IMG/VR virus record: IMGVR_UViG_3300014204_000107
Span: 107,468 to 171,467 of that record
Length of the DNA: 64,000 nt
Strand: one strand, 5' to 3'
DNA from: a virus
Taxonomy: Duplodnaviria; Heunggongvirae; Uroviricota; Caudoviricetes
Each line of letters opens with the position of its first letter. Position 1 is the first letter of the stretch. Below, piece by piece: positions 1-9,823 of this stretch. The notes under the pieces are model-generated. The model was given only the letters and a program-made list of their open reading frames with translations, did not search any database and was not told the DNA's origin. Made by a program: the position numbers and the translations under genes.

Positions 1-103
1 GTTCTACAGCACTGATAAAAAATTAGAAGAGCAAGCACCCTGGCTTATTGCATTATTTGTAGTTACTATTGTTGTAATAATATTATTCAATATCTTTTAA
101 ATA

Positions 104-415
104 ATGGAACATAAATTTAGAATATTTAAGATATACCGCCAGTCTGATGGGTTATTCTCACCGGGCGGCCGAACTGCAGATAGTCCATATACAAATTGGA
201 CTAAGAGCGGCAAAACTTGGTCTTCTTTTAATGCATTTAAGAACCATTTGAGGCAGTACTGCAATAATACATTTGAAATAGCAAATCAATCTCCGCGTAA
301 GTACATATATGAGAATAAAATACCCTGGGATTGGATGGTATTGGAAATAACCAATGAAGGGCAGAAAGAATGGGCGGCCCATATAGCATATCCAGAAACA
401 TTTGTTGCATCATAG
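104..415 (+). CDS. hypothetical protein
   Basis: 103-aa ORF with A-rich leader; no recognised family. Confidence 0.6.
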   Translation: MEHKFRIFKIYRQSDGLFSPGGRTADSPYTNWTKSGKTWSSFNAFKNHLRQYCNNTFEIANQSPRKYIYENKIPWDWMVLEITNEGQKEWAAHIAYPETFVAS

Positions 416-600
416 CATGGACCCAGATACATTGAAGCAATACCAGCATAACACATACCAACTTACTATAAATTGCAATCGAGCAGCTATAATAAATATT
501 TTGCATACAACCCAACCAACTCAGACCACTACCAACCTAATGCATATGGAATTCTACACCACTGGCACCAATAACCTAATGCATACAACATACAGTCGCT

Positions 601-717
601 TTGGCGGGCGTTAGCCCGCGGGAACTATGGGCGTAAGCCCGCGGCGTGAGAAAGGCGGAGGCGGGCGGCGGCGTAACCGCGGAACAGGGCATTTTGTGGC
701 ACGCCGCCAATTTTTTT
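601..717. repeat. GC-rich island with three GGCGT(T/A)AG/ACCGCGG-type repeats closed by an inverted repeat
   Basis: ggcgttagcccgcgg (607-621), ggcgtaagcccgcgg (630-644), ggcgtaaccgcgg (670-682); ttggcgg (601) pairs with ccgccaa (704-710), then a T-run. Confidence 0.7.
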
Positions 718-832
718 GCTAATCCAAACATTGCATTTAAACGCAGTTAATAGTATTAATCAGGCCATGGCGGGCCGCTAATTTTTTATGAAACTAAAAC
801 TTGCTGCTAAACAGCATTTAAAATAATAACTT

Positions 833-1003
833 ATGGATAATGTATATAAATTTTTAATTTGGGCTTTAGTAGCTGCTACAATTGTAGTAATTGGAGCATT
901 TATAGGCCATACCACTATTAGTAGTAATGGTATTCACATGGAAAGACCACTTACTTTTATAGCTTTTATTATTACCTGCATACTTGCTATATTGGGAAAA
1001 TAA
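833..1003 (+). CDS. small two-TM membrane protein (56 aa; not in ORF track)
   Basis: MDNVYKFLIWALVAATIVVIGAFIG...PLTFIAFIITCILAILGK. Confidence 0.55.
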   Translation: MDNVYKFLIWALVAATIVVIGAFIGHTTISSNGIHMERPLTFIAFIITCILAILGK

Positions 1004-1252
1004 TTAGTTAGAATCGGTATTGCGGGTTTGCTCAGCATCGAGATATATAGTGTTTGTTATGTAATGCTATATTAAGGTAAGAGCAAAGTCGAATAAAAAA
1101 TTGGGGCATAGGTCGTGTTCGTGTCTAATATTGACTATTATTGCTAATAGTTTGCTTATCAGTTTGTTAGTATATGCTATATTATTGGTAATGGTAATTA
1201 AATTTGGAATGTTAAAATATTATCATTATATTTACAATAAATAAATTAAAAT

Positions 1253-1513
1253 ATGAAAGTTACAAGTCCAAAGGATAAAGCTAATGATTTAGCTAAGTTG
1301 CAAGAAGCAATTGATAAATTTGAGGCTGAATTTGCACAAGAAGAAGGTGGCGAATCATATTACCATATAGTAATATGGGGAGAATATAACAGAGCAGTTT
1401 GTAATGAAGTTGAAAGACTATATGCAGAAGCAGGTTGGTTATTGGTACAATGTAAAACATCATCAGAAAACGGAGAACGTGGTGGTTTAACTGGTTTAGA
1501 ATTGCGTAGCTAA
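1253..1513 (+). CDS. hypothetical protein
   Basis: 86-aa ORF after TATATTTA promoter-like box and A-rich leader. Confidence 0.7.
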   Translation: MKVTSPKDKANDLAKLQEAIDKFEAEFAQEEGGESYYHIVIWGEYNRAVCNEVERLYAEAGWLLVQCKTSSENGERGGLTGLELRS

Positions 1514-1761
1514 TGGAAAAGTTAGATATTTTAAAAGATAGGCTTGCAAAGCTTGGCATAGATATTAAATATGGTTTAAATTACCCGTGGGTATATATCG
1601 ACTATATTAATGGCGTGCGAATTTCTAAAGAAGACTATTTTTATGGTAATCATGGTTTTACCGTTATGTTTGCTCCGATTAGGGAAGGGCAAATTGCTAA
1701 ATTCACTTGTATTAGTGAGATATTTAAATTGATCCGCAAATATACCAATAAACAAAAATAG
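1513..1761 (+). CDS. hypothetical protein
   Basis: TAATG-coupled 82-aa ORF. Confidence 0.7.
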   Translation: MEKLDILKDRLAKLGIDIKYGLNYPWVYIDYINGVRISKEDYFYGNHGFTVMFAPIREGQIAKFTCISEIFKLIRKYTNKQK

Positions 1762-1762
1762 T

Positions 1763-1891
1763 ATGGTTAGATTATTTAAATGCACTAAATGCAACGGATC
1801 TTTTACATTTAAAGAGCTATTTGCTGATATAAGGGAGGGAATGGGATATGGATTTAGTACAGCACTGCATGGGTTTGTAAAAAATGCTTAA
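1763..1891 (+). CDS. small CxxC peptide (42 aa)
   Basis: MVRLFKCTKCNGSFTF..., fills the gap in the operon. Confidence 0.35.
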   Translation: MVRLFKCTKCNGSFTFKELFADIREGMGYGFSTALHGFVKNA

Positions 1892-1914
1892 CTATTAAAT
1901 AAAAAATTATTATC

Positions 1915-2262
1915 ATGTGTTTCGATATAAGTAATAAGCATCCTAATGCTAAAATAGCAAAACGAGATATCATATGTTTTAAAGTTCTGCAAGTGTGGGG
2001 AAAAGAATTAAGAAGTCCTACCAGACATTGTCTATATAGATATGATGAAATAATGCCACAAAGGCAATTAATACCTAGCCCTTACTATGAATATATTAAT
2101 TGTGGATATCATTCATATTCCAATAAGAAGAAAAGTGATTACCGTGGTTGGGGCAATGGCACAGGAGGTAAAATATTAGTGCAGTGCATTATTCCTGCTG
2201 GTTCAACTTATTATTATAATGAGCGGGACCTACAATATATCCAGCTCTATTATTGCAATTAA
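1915..2262 (+). CDS. phage hypothetical protein (C-terminus possibly frameshifted near 2235)
   Basis: CF...KIAKRDIICFKV, GYHSY and CIIPAGSTYY motifs seen in Bacteroidota-phage hypotheticals. Confidence 0.6.
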   Translation: MCFDISNKHPNAKIAKRDIICFKVLQVWGKELRSPTRHCLYRYDEIMPQRQLIPSPYYEYINCGYHSYSNKKKSDYRGWGNGTGGKILVQCIIPAGSTYYYNERDLQYIQLYYCN

Positions 2263-2290
2263 ACAAATTAAAACTATTAAATATTAAAAT

Positions 2291-3100
2291 ATGAAAGATA
2301 AATTTGAAGTTGGTAGTAAAGTATGTGTGCCGACGCAAAAAACCATTAATAACATTAATTGTTTTTATACACTTGATGATTTGAAAGAGCGGTGTTCCGA
2401 AGCATTTAAACTAAAATATTGGACAATTTCTAAAATTGATGATGGTTGGAACACCGCTTCTTTTTTGGAAACCAACGGTTATAATTGGATGTTTTGCGAT
2501 TTGAAATTATTTAAAGATACACGACCGTTTAAAAGGGGTGACAAAGTATATGTGCCAATCACTAAATCTGAAACGAATTATTCTGTGGAACCATTTAAAA
2601 GGGTAAAAATGCATTATCCCGATAAATTTAATTTAAAATATTGGACAATTGATTGCCTTACCGGCGGTGACAGCCACGCAGTTTTTGGGGAATGTCCTGA
2701 ATATGTGTTCCCATTTGAGGATCTCATTCATTATGAAGAAGATTCATGTTGCAATACAATTGAAATGGGGGAAAATGCCAGCGTTTCTGTTGCATTTATA
2801 AAAGAAGCGCATGCAGCAGCCTGCCCGGATTGGAAAGATAAAATAGAAAAACAGTTTCCTGGCTTATTTCCTGTTATAACACATAAAGTCGGCAACCAAT
2901 ATGACAAGGATGGTAATATTTATTTGCTTGCACGAGTTGGAGTTGGAGATAATAAAGTTGCCCTCATTTACATAAAAAATGGAAATTTATGGACTTATAG
3001 TGTTGATGTCCGCCGTACAGATGCAATAACTGAAGAAGAATTTGATAGGATTGCAAATTACGAGCAATCAAAATTTAAATTACTTAATAGTCTGGAATAA
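2291..3100 (+). CDS. hypothetical protein with two internal repeats
   Basis: FEVGSKVCVP...FKLKYWTI is repeated as FKRGDKVYVP...FNLKYWTI. Confidence 0.7.
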   Translation: MKDKFEVGSKVCVPTQKTINNINCFYTLDDLKERCSEAFKLKYWTISKIDDGWNTASFLETNGYNWMFCDLKLFKDTRPFKRGDKVYVPITKSETNYSVEPFKRVKMHYPDKFNLKYWTIDCLTGGDSHAVFGECPEYVFPFEDLIHYEEDSCCNTIEMGENASVSVAFIKEAHAAACPDWKDKIEKQFPGLFPVITHKVGNQYDKDGNIYLLARVGVGDNKVALIYIKNGNLWTYSVDVRRTDAITEEEFDRIANYEQSKFKLLNSLE

Positions 3101-3101
3101 T

Positions 3102-3311
3102 ATGAAAATTAGTAAAATAATTGATGCCACTTATACTGGTATGGCAGACAAAGATTTTAAACCGGGACAAACTTATAGATTGGAAATATTTGAAGTTGAT
3201 TACACTACGCTTATTTTCATAAAAAAAGAAAAAAGTGCCGATGAACCGCGGCAGTATAAAGGTATAATTAGAATTTTAAATGATTGGACAAATATAACTG
3301 TCATACAATAA
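3102..3311 (+). CDS. hypothetical protein
   Basis: ATG at 3102; resembles the C-terminal part of 4656-5303 (ends LNDWTNITV / LNNWDNITV). Confidence 0.6.
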   Translation: MKISKIIDATYTGMADKDFKPGQTYRLEIFEVDYTTLIFIKKEKSADEPRQYKGIIRILNDWTNITVIQ

Positions 3312-3312
3312 T

Positions 3313-3534
3313 ATGAAATCAGCAAGTTGCAGTATTAAACTATTAGAGAATGCCTATGTTGGCGTGGGTGTGCGAATGACTGGTGATAAGTCTACAGTTC
3401 CATTTAAGAATGTGCCAATGAAAGGCGTAACAATTACTAACTATGATATACATGGTTTTGAACTTACCCACCCAGCATTGCCAAGAGTAATATGGGTAGA
3501 TTTCGACCAATTGCCATTAACCAAACTTAATTAA
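3313..3534 (+). CDS. hypothetical protein
   Basis: 73-aa operonic ORF. Confidence 0.6.
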   Translation: MKSASCSIKLLENAYVGVGVRMTGDKSTVPFKNVPMKGVTITNYDIHGFELTHPALPRVIWVDFDQLPLTKLN

Positions 3535-3630
3535 TGATAGCAGCAAAAAATAAGAAACCACCTAGCATGCACGTAGAACCGCCATATGGTGGAGCAAAAT
3601 TTGCTGCAATTTTAATTTATAAATAATATT

Positions 3631-4146
3631 ATGACAACATTAGTAATACACCCGCAAGACCCAACAACAGATTTCTTGACAGATATATACACTGGCAAGG
3701 AATGGCTTGTCATACGCAATAATGTTTCTAAAAGGTATTTACTTGAACAAATTACTGCGCATGACAGAATTATCATGCTTGGTCATGGGTCTTCTGACGG
3801 GTTATTTGGTGCTGGCAGATTACTAATTAATTCAAAGTTAGTATATTTGCTGCGGGATAAGTATTGTGTTTGTATTTGGTGCAATGCAGATATGTTTGTT
3901 AAAAAATATGGTTTGCACGGATTATATACGGGAATGATTATATCTGATACAGATGAGGCAGAATCATATTGCTTATATCCTTGCTCAAACGCCAATATTC
4001 AGATTTCCAATACTTTGCTTGCCAAATCAATCGCAAATGCTATTGACAGCAAAGATCCAGTCGCGGTCATTAAAAAACAATATATTAGCAATGGCAATGC
4101 AGTTATACAATTTAATAAAGATAACATATATATAAAAGATAAATAA
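3631..4146 (+). CDS. hypothetical protein, possible clan CD (caspase-like) protease fold
   Basis: IIMLGHGS...CVCIWCNA gives His-Gly and Cys motifs after hydrophobic strands. Confidence 0.45.
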   Translation: MTTLVIHPQDPTTDFLTDIYTGKEWLVIRNNVSKRYLLEQITAHDRIIMLGHGSSDGLFGAGRLLINSKLVYLLRDKYCVCIWCNADMFVKKYGLHGLYTGMIISDTDEAESYCLYPCSNANIQISNTLLAKSIANAIDSKDPVAVIKKQYISNGNAVIQFNKDNIYIKDK

Positions 4147-4147
4147 A

Positions 4148-4654
4148 ATGATAACAAAAGAAAAAATTGAAGAATTAAAGCAAGTTCGTATTGCCGAAAT
4201 ATTAGATGATACAACTATATCTAGCTTGAAAAAGCTTGAATTGCTAACAGAAGAAGAGTTATTTGGTTACGCTGAATATGTACAAGACGAATTTCCTGAA
4301 TGGGAGAAAGAAGCAATTGAATTGGAAAGGATAGAAGCCCAAAAATTATTTGATAATGGCAAAGAAACTTGGTTTTTTCAATCTAAAATGGTTGATACAA
4401 TATGGGCATGCGATGGTTATACTGTAGATAGGTATATTGATATTACATATGCGGAATTATTAGGGTGGGTGTCAGATAATTATTGTGATGAAACCGACAA
4501 CGATGCTGATATCGAGAAGGAAAACCCAATGATTACAATTATGACAACGCGGAGACCATGCATAGAATTAAAGAAACCATTTAATGAAATAGTTGATAAG
4601 ATATTCGATTTCTGCATAGCAAACAAAATTATTGGTTTTAAAAACGATTGGTAA
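4148..4654 (+). CDS. hypothetical protein
   Basis: 168-aa acidic ORF. Confidence 0.7.
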   Translation: MITKEKIEELKQVRIAEILDDTTISSLKKLELLTEEELFGYAEYVQDEFPEWEKEAIELERIEAQKLFDNGKETWFFQSKMVDTIWACDGYTVDRYIDITYAELLGWVSDNYCDETDNDADIEKENPMITIMTTRRPCIELKKPFNEIVDKIFDFCIANKIIGFKNDW

Positions 4655-4655
4655 A

Positions 4656-5303
4656 ATGAGAAAAGATGTTAAGGTAGGCAATCTAAAGATTGCTAAATTT
4701 ATGGGTTACACGGATTATTTAGAAAATGTTTATAAATTTTATGGTGGTCCGATAACCGGCGGCATTGAACGTATTGGTAATATAGTATTAACAACTAAAC
4801 CTGATTATTATTATTCTTGTGAAGGAATGCTTTGCATAAGAAATAGTGATGATGATTATGAAATAGTTTATGATGACTGGTATGATAATTCTATGGATTG
4901 CCTTTTACCAGTTGTTGAAAAGATTGAATCAATGGGATACCGTGTCCATATTGTTGAAGATTATTGTAAAATATTTCCAAAAACAAATAGTTCTTTACCA
5001 ATACATAAGGTTTGCTGTAGTTCTAAAATTAAATCAACGTGGTATGCGTGTATTGAATTCATTGATGCATTAAATAATAAAAAAAATAATAAAATGGTTA
5101 TAAAAATTAAAGCAACTTTCAAAGGGCAGGATGGTTCCTGTGGGTATAAAACAAATGAAACTTATAATCTTTATATCACGCATAATCAAAATGAAAATAT
5201 TTGCATAGAAACTGATGGAAGGATTCATCGTGGAATTTGTGAATATCAATCTATGGTAACATTCTTAAATAATTGGGATAATATTACAGTATGCAAACAG
5301 TAA
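4656..5303 (+). CDS. hypothetical protein (possibly two fused ORFs)
   Basis: ATG at 4656; A-rich junction near 5075-5095 precedes an internal MVIKIKATF domain. Confidence 0.6.
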   Translation: MRKDVKVGNLKIAKFMGYTDYLENVYKFYGGPITGGIERIGNIVLTTKPDYYYSCEGMLCIRNSDDDYEIVYDDWYDNSMDCLLPVVEKIESMGYRVHIVEDYCKIFPKTNSSLPIHKVCCSSKIKSTWYACIEFIDALNNKKNNKMVIKIKATFKGQDGSCGYKTNETYNLYITHNQNENICIETDGRIHRGICEYQSMVTFLNNWDNITVCKQ

Positions 5304-5491
5304 AGCAAATATGTAATACTTGCAATTTTTATAGTAATAATAAAAGCAAGAAAAGCAAAAAAGATGTAGTATCAAAAAATACATGCCTTAAACCAGGTGC
5401 AGAACGGTTTTGTTTTGAAACGGATTGCGAATTTACGTGCAAACATTGGGCAAAAATAATAATTGAGAATCTGGTAGACAAAAAGACATAA
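5291..5491 (+). CDS. small Cys-rich hypothetical protein
   Basis: CNTC...C...C..C..C..W. Confidence 0.55.
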   Translation: MQTVKQICNTCNFYSNNKSKKSKKDVVSKNTCLKPGAERFCFETDCEFTCKHWAKIIIENLVDKKT

Positions 5492-5690
5492 TCAGACTGT
5501 ATGCTCAAATGGTATTGCATTGGTGATGTTATTTGAATATGTGAGTTTTTTTCGTTATATTTATATCATCAAAACATATTAATATAATGCATTAAAATTT
5601 AATTTCTGCACTATATATTAATAATACAAACAAAATAAAATCAACTGCACATAGTGTGCATAATTAATAACAAATAAATAGAGAATTAAA

Positions 5691-5891
5691 ATGAAAAGTG
5701 GAAAAGTAAAGTTTTTTGATACCGCAAAAGGGTATGGATTTATTAAAGAAAATGTAAGCGGTGTTGAATACTTCGTACATATATCTGGCATTAGTGACCA
5801 GTCATTAAAAATGGATGCTGGTGAAGCAGTATCTTTTGATGTTACCCAAGGTAAAAAAGGAGAAATTGCAGTTAACGTAGAACGTGACTAA
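5691..5891 (+). CDS. csp: cold-shock domain protein
   Basis: GKVKFFDTAKGYGFI (RNP1) and YFVHIS (RNP2). Confidence 0.95.
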   Translation: MKSGKVKFFDTAKGYGFIKENVSGVEYFVHISGISDQSLKMDAGEAVSFDVTQGKKGEIAVNVERD

Positions 5892-6429
5892 CATTCTAAA
5901 TACAGAACAAGCACACCGAGACGATATTTTACTGTATCTGGCTAATAATTTAGCTAAGAGCAGTAAAATATTGGATTTGGGTTGTGGTAATGGTGAAGAC
6001 TCCATCCGTTTAATGGAACTTGGATTTGATGTTTATAGTCTAGATTCAACAGAAATTAATATGGGCAATTTCAAACACATTGGGCCGCGGTGTTTACATT
6101 AGATTGATAGTGATATACGAAATCCGTTGTCATTTGAAGATGGCATGTTTGATTTGGTATATGCAAGATTATCCCTACATTATAACCCCGTTGAAGAATT
6201 AAATAGCATATTTAAAGAAATAAAGCGAATATTAGTGCCTGAGGGCATATTTTGGTATGCTGCAAAAACAAGATACGATTCACTTAAAACTGATAAAACT
6301 ATATTGAGTGCGAGTATTTGGAAAGATTTATCTACTAAATACTTTAAAATAATTAGTTTTAATGAATTAAATGGCATATTATATGATACTGCCGCGACTT
6401 AGGTTGAGGCAGAACTAAAGAATTGCTAA
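5884..6429 (+). pseudogene. class I SAM-dependent methyltransferase interrupted by two in-frame TAG codons
   Basis: ILDLGCGNG motif I, FDLVYARLSLHY motif; one frame runs 5884-6429 with TAG at 6100-6102 and 6400-6402 and TAA at 6427-6429. Confidence 0.8.
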
Positions 6430-6430
6430 T

Positions 6431-6904
6431 ATGAAATTGACAATTGAATTGGTTCCAATGGACACTTGGAAATCTAATCTTCGTAGTTTATTAACTGCAA
6501 AAGGATGGGATTTGGTAAGGCATAAATGTTATAACCTTGCTAATAACAAGTGTGAACTTTGTGGTGCTAACCTCCGTGTTGAATGCCATGAAATATGGGA
6601 ATATAGTGAGCCAACGAAGACGCAAACCTTAACCGGTGTTATTGCGTTATGTCCTGAATGCCATATGGTAAAACATGCAGGAAGAACTATTTCCGAAGGC
6701 AAGTATATGGTTGTTATTAAGCAATTAATAAAGGTAAATAAAATTACTGAGTCTGCTGCTTGCAAATACATTGAAGAACAGTTTGTAATTTGGAGAAGGC
6801 GTGGCAGTGGGTGGACTGTTGATATTTCATATCTTAAAGAATATATAGCAGATATAGCAGATTTTAAATTAAAATATATTAAAAGTGAAAGTAATATTTC
6901 TTGA
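6431..6904 (+). CDS. HNH-endonuclease-like protein
   Basis: CELCG...ECHEIW...ALCPECHMVKH. Confidence 0.75.
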   Translation: MKLTIELVPMDTWKSNLRSLLTAKGWDLVRHKCYNLANNKCELCGANLRVECHEIWEYSEPTKTQTLTGVIALCPECHMVKHAGRTISEGKYMVVIKQLIKVNKITESAACKYIEEQFVIWRRRGSGWTVDISYLKEYIADIADFKLKYIKSESNIS

Positions 6905-7367
6905 TATAGACGGCGTTGTTAATGTCATTCCCCAAGGATTTGATAAATATGGTGGTATATGGCATCCGCATTTAGTGGATAATTTGCGCTATATAATTGA
7001 ACAAACCGGGGCTAAAATTGTTATTAGTAGCAGTTGGCGACTTAATGGGTTGCAATCAATAAAGAATATGTGGAAAGACCGCAATCTTCCTGGTGAAGTT
7101 ATTGATGTTACTCCCATTTATTATAGTTATAACGATTTATCATTTGCCGAACGTGCAGAAAGAGGACATGAAATTAGTATGTGGATGAATGAATTTCCGG
7201 TTGACGCATATGTTATATTAGATGATGATAGGGATGTGCTACCCGAGCAGGAGGAACATTTTATTATTACATCAGGCAATAAAACACACCCAGATGCAAT
7301 TGATATTGGATATGGATTAACAAGAATATGTGCTGAAAAAGCAATTCAAATATTAAATAAAAAATGA
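6885..7367 (+). CDS. HAD-superfamily phosphatase (RNA-repair-associated 'Swiss Army Knife' type)
   Basis: VIFLDIDGV, KIVISSSWR, ERGHEI, YVILDD. Confidence 0.85.
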   Translation: MKVIFLDIDGVVNVIPQGFDKYGGIWHPHLVDNLRYIIEQTGAKIVISSSWRLNGLQSIKNMWKDRNLPGEVIDVTPIYYSYNDLSFAERAERGHEISMWMNEFPVDAYVILDDDRDVLPEQEEHFIITSGNKTHPDAIDIGYGLTRICAEKAIQILNKK

Positions 7368-7555
7368 AATATACTTTGCATTTCGTTATACAAATTATAA
7401 TACTTTGCTTATTCTTTGGAGCAATATATTTGATAATAATTAATGTGTTAAGCAAGAATTATAGTGCAGTTGCTGGTTGGGGTTTAAGCCTTATTTTAGT
7501 TTGCTTCCTATGGGCAAGGCACAGTAAAATAGTTGAAAAAATATTAAAGAATTAA
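7364..7555 (+). CDS. small membrane protein
   Basis: two hydrophobic segments. Confidence 0.6.
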   Translation: MKYTLHFVIQIIILCLFFGAIYLIIINVLSKNYSAVAGWGLSLILVCFLWARHSKIVEKILKN

Positions 7556-7558
7556 TAT

Positions 7559-7825
7559 ATGGCATTCTTACGTCGAATAAGTGATAGTGCTGGTGATGCT
7601 GGTGCTGTATCAAATGCAATCAAATGGAACGATGACGGAAAAAGCTATAAAGTAGTTGGTCATCGACCAATAGTTGGTTGTGCAATGTATGTTGGTTCTG
7701 TTACTGCACGATCTTATAGTGACCAAGATTATTGGCTAACGACTGAAGTTACAGAAATTCTTGAAGATACCGGCAATTATGTAAAGTTCCGGACTGGCAA
7801 TTCACTATATGAATGGTGGACATAG
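7559..7825 (+). CDS. hypothetical protein
   Basis: 88-aa ORF. Confidence 0.7.
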   Translation: MAFLRRISDSAGDAGAVSNAIKWNDDGKSYKVVGHRPIVGCAMYVGSVTARSYSDQDYWLTTEVTEILEDTGNYVKFRTGNSLYEWWT

Positions 7826-7875
7826 CATCAAATTTTTTATTTGATATATCGATATTTTTTTCTTAATTTCATATT

Positions 7876-8265
7876 ATGAATAAAATAGACACGGAACATA
7901 TTAAATTGGGAAGGTGTGCGGATACATTCACTTATGTATTATGCCCTGATTCTGCATGTGATCTTTTCTTCTCATCCGCAAATCCAATACCGTGCAAGCG
8001 TAATCAATTTGCTGTTGTGCAATGTCCCCATTTAGATGATGTGCTATTTATGTTATATTGTAGCAACTGTGGTGAAGAAATGGTATATAAAAATGGAAGA
8101 AGTGATTGGCGGCGCATAGATCATAAATGTGGTGGTTCAGAGCTTGGTAAACAATGCGCTGGAAAATACAGGTTGGTTAGGGTTAATGATCCTCCTAATA
8201 CAACTGCCAATCCATTTGAAAATATATTAGAAATAATGCAAGACCCAAATAAAAAAATATTATGA
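7876..8265 (+). CDS. Cys-rich hypothetical protein
   Basis: multiple CxxC-like pairs. Confidence 0.6.
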   Translation: MNKIDTEHIKLGRCADTFTYVLCPDSACDLFFSSANPIPCKRNQFAVVQCPHLDDVLFMLYCSNCGEEMVYKNGRSDWRRIDHKCGGSELGKQCAGKYRLVRVNDPPNTTANPFENILEIMQDPNKKIL

Positions 8266-8747
8266 AAAAATTAATTTTAGCAGTTTTATTATCATTTGCA
8301 TTCACTGCTGCAAACTCACAAAATTATGTTGCATGTAATGAAGATACTATAAGGGCGAATTATGCAAAATATGTAGATGTATTATATTCATCTACAGTAA
8401 AAACCGTAAGTGATTCATCAAAAATTGATATAATTTATGTATTTAAAAATCAAAAGAGGTTTTATTCAATGGCAAAATATGATGGTAAGTATTGGTGCTA
8501 CCAATATAAAATTTTAGATTTTAATGGTGATGACGGATACAAAGACTTATTAAAATCATTATACGATAATTTACAATATGTTGTTGGTACGAAGAATGAC
8601 AATTATAAGAAGGGTGGCAACATCGTAGAATCCTGGTTATATGCGGATGAATTTAATCAACCATTTGGCAAAGAATTTTATTTTCGTTGGTTGCTTTATA
8701 AGTATAATGATATGTCTATTGTGATAGTTGATTTTTTAAAATATTAA
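8262..8747 (+). CDS. secreted protein with signal peptide
   Basis: MKKLILAVLLSFAFTAANS-Q (Bacteroidota Q-rule-like cleavage). Confidence 0.7.
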   Translation: MKKLILAVLLSFAFTAANSQNYVACNEDTIRANYAKYVDVLYSSTVKTVSDSSKIDIIYVFKNQKRFYSMAKYDGKYWCYQYKILDFNGDDGYKDLLKSLYDNLQYVVGTKNDNYKKGGNIVESWLYADEFNQPFGKEFYFRWLLYKYNDMSIVIVDFLKY

Positions 8748-8754
8748 TTCAAAT

Positions 8755-9204
8755 ATGGCACTTTTAGAAAGAATAAAGAAGGATAATCAAGCAGCAATGC
8801 TTGCTAAAGATAAGAATAAACAAGATGCATTAAAGAATGTTATTACATCTTTGACTGCACTTTCTAAGCAAGAAGATGCAGTAGAAATTACCCCGTCTAT
8901 TGAAACTGCACTTTTACAAAAGATGGTAAAAAGTCGCAGGGATGTAGCCGAAATATATGTTCAACAAAATCGCAAAGATCTTGCTGATATTGAATTGTAC
9001 CAAGCAAGCATTATAGAACAATATTTACCCAAACAATTATCAGAATCGGGAATAAATACTGTTATAGACCATATATTGCTAACCATACCAAATCCAACTA
9101 TAAAAGATATGGGCAACATCATGAATCAGGCCAAATTAGTTATGTCCGGCACTGCTGATAGTAGCATTATAGCTAAAGTAATTAAAGAAAAACTTAATAA
9201 ATAA
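8755..9204 (+). CDS. GatB/YqeY domain protein
   Basis: KMVKSRRDVAEIY..QNRKDLA..E...IIEQYLPKQLSE...DMGNIM. Confidence 0.9.
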   Translation: MALLERIKKDNQAAMLAKDKNKQDALKNVITSLTALSKQEDAVEITPSIETALLQKMVKSRRDVAEIYVQQNRKDLADIELYQASIIEQYLPKQLSESGINTVIDHILLTIPNPTIKDMGNIMNQAKLVMSGTADSSIIAKVIKEKLNK

Positions 9205-9208
9205 TATT

Positions 9209-9415
9209 ATGCAAAAAGAAGTAATGTTACATGAAAAAAACCCATTGACAGGTGATTGGTTGTGTTGGATTCCTGACACACCGCACGCTTATTATTGTTC
9301 AACAAAAAAGAATGCCAAAAAATTTTGTGACACGATTAATAAATCATTTGAATTTGGTGAACTTAAATTTGATGAAGAAGGTAAATTGGTTAAAGTAAAT
9401 ATTGCCGTCGTATAA
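9209..9415 (+). CDS. hypothetical protein
   Basis: 68-aa ORF. Confidence 0.55.
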   Translation: MQKEVMLHEKNPLTGDWLCWIPDTPHAYYCSTKKNAKKFCDTINKSFEFGELKFDEEGKLVKVNIAVV

Positions 9416-9540
9416 TTTGTAGATTCAGAAAATTATTTCTAATGCATTGTACCAGTTGTGAAGGAATTAACCCATTCCCAATTGCTTAATAAGCATTTAT
9501 ATAAGCAAAAAAAGAATAATTAAAAAACTATTTATATTAT

Positions 9541-9820
9541 ATGATCACATTGCCGGTATCTAAAACTAATTTACGGCATGCAATTAACTACTGTGATAAC
9601 CATAATATAATAGTAGAAAAGACGCAAGAATTGTCCGATGGCAAACATTTTTATTTAGTTGTATCGGGCAGAGAAAAAGCATCGAGATGATTTTAACCGC
9701 ACTGCAAAATATGTTGGTAATGGTATTTATGCTATTGCTGGCGTGCAATCTACTGATACAAGAGAATTATTTCTAATGTATTGTGCAATTTGTGAAGGAA
9801 TTAAGTTTAAAATTGATTAA
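9541..9820 (+). pseudogene. hypothetical ORF split by a frameshift in an A5 run (9674-9678)
   Basis: MITLPVSK...SGREK continues in the +1 frame as HRDDFNRTAKYVG...CAICEGIKFKID*. Confidence 0.45.
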
Positions 9821-9823
9821 TAA

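Noticed and set aside
2225-2287. Programmed frameshift at the end of ORF 1915-2262
   Set aside because: There is no slippery heptamer; loss of an AT dinucleotide in a short repeat (mutation or assembly) explains it better.
9660-9700. Programmed frameshift in the A5 run
   Set aside because: It needs a +1 shift with no known signal; most likely a homopolymer indel.
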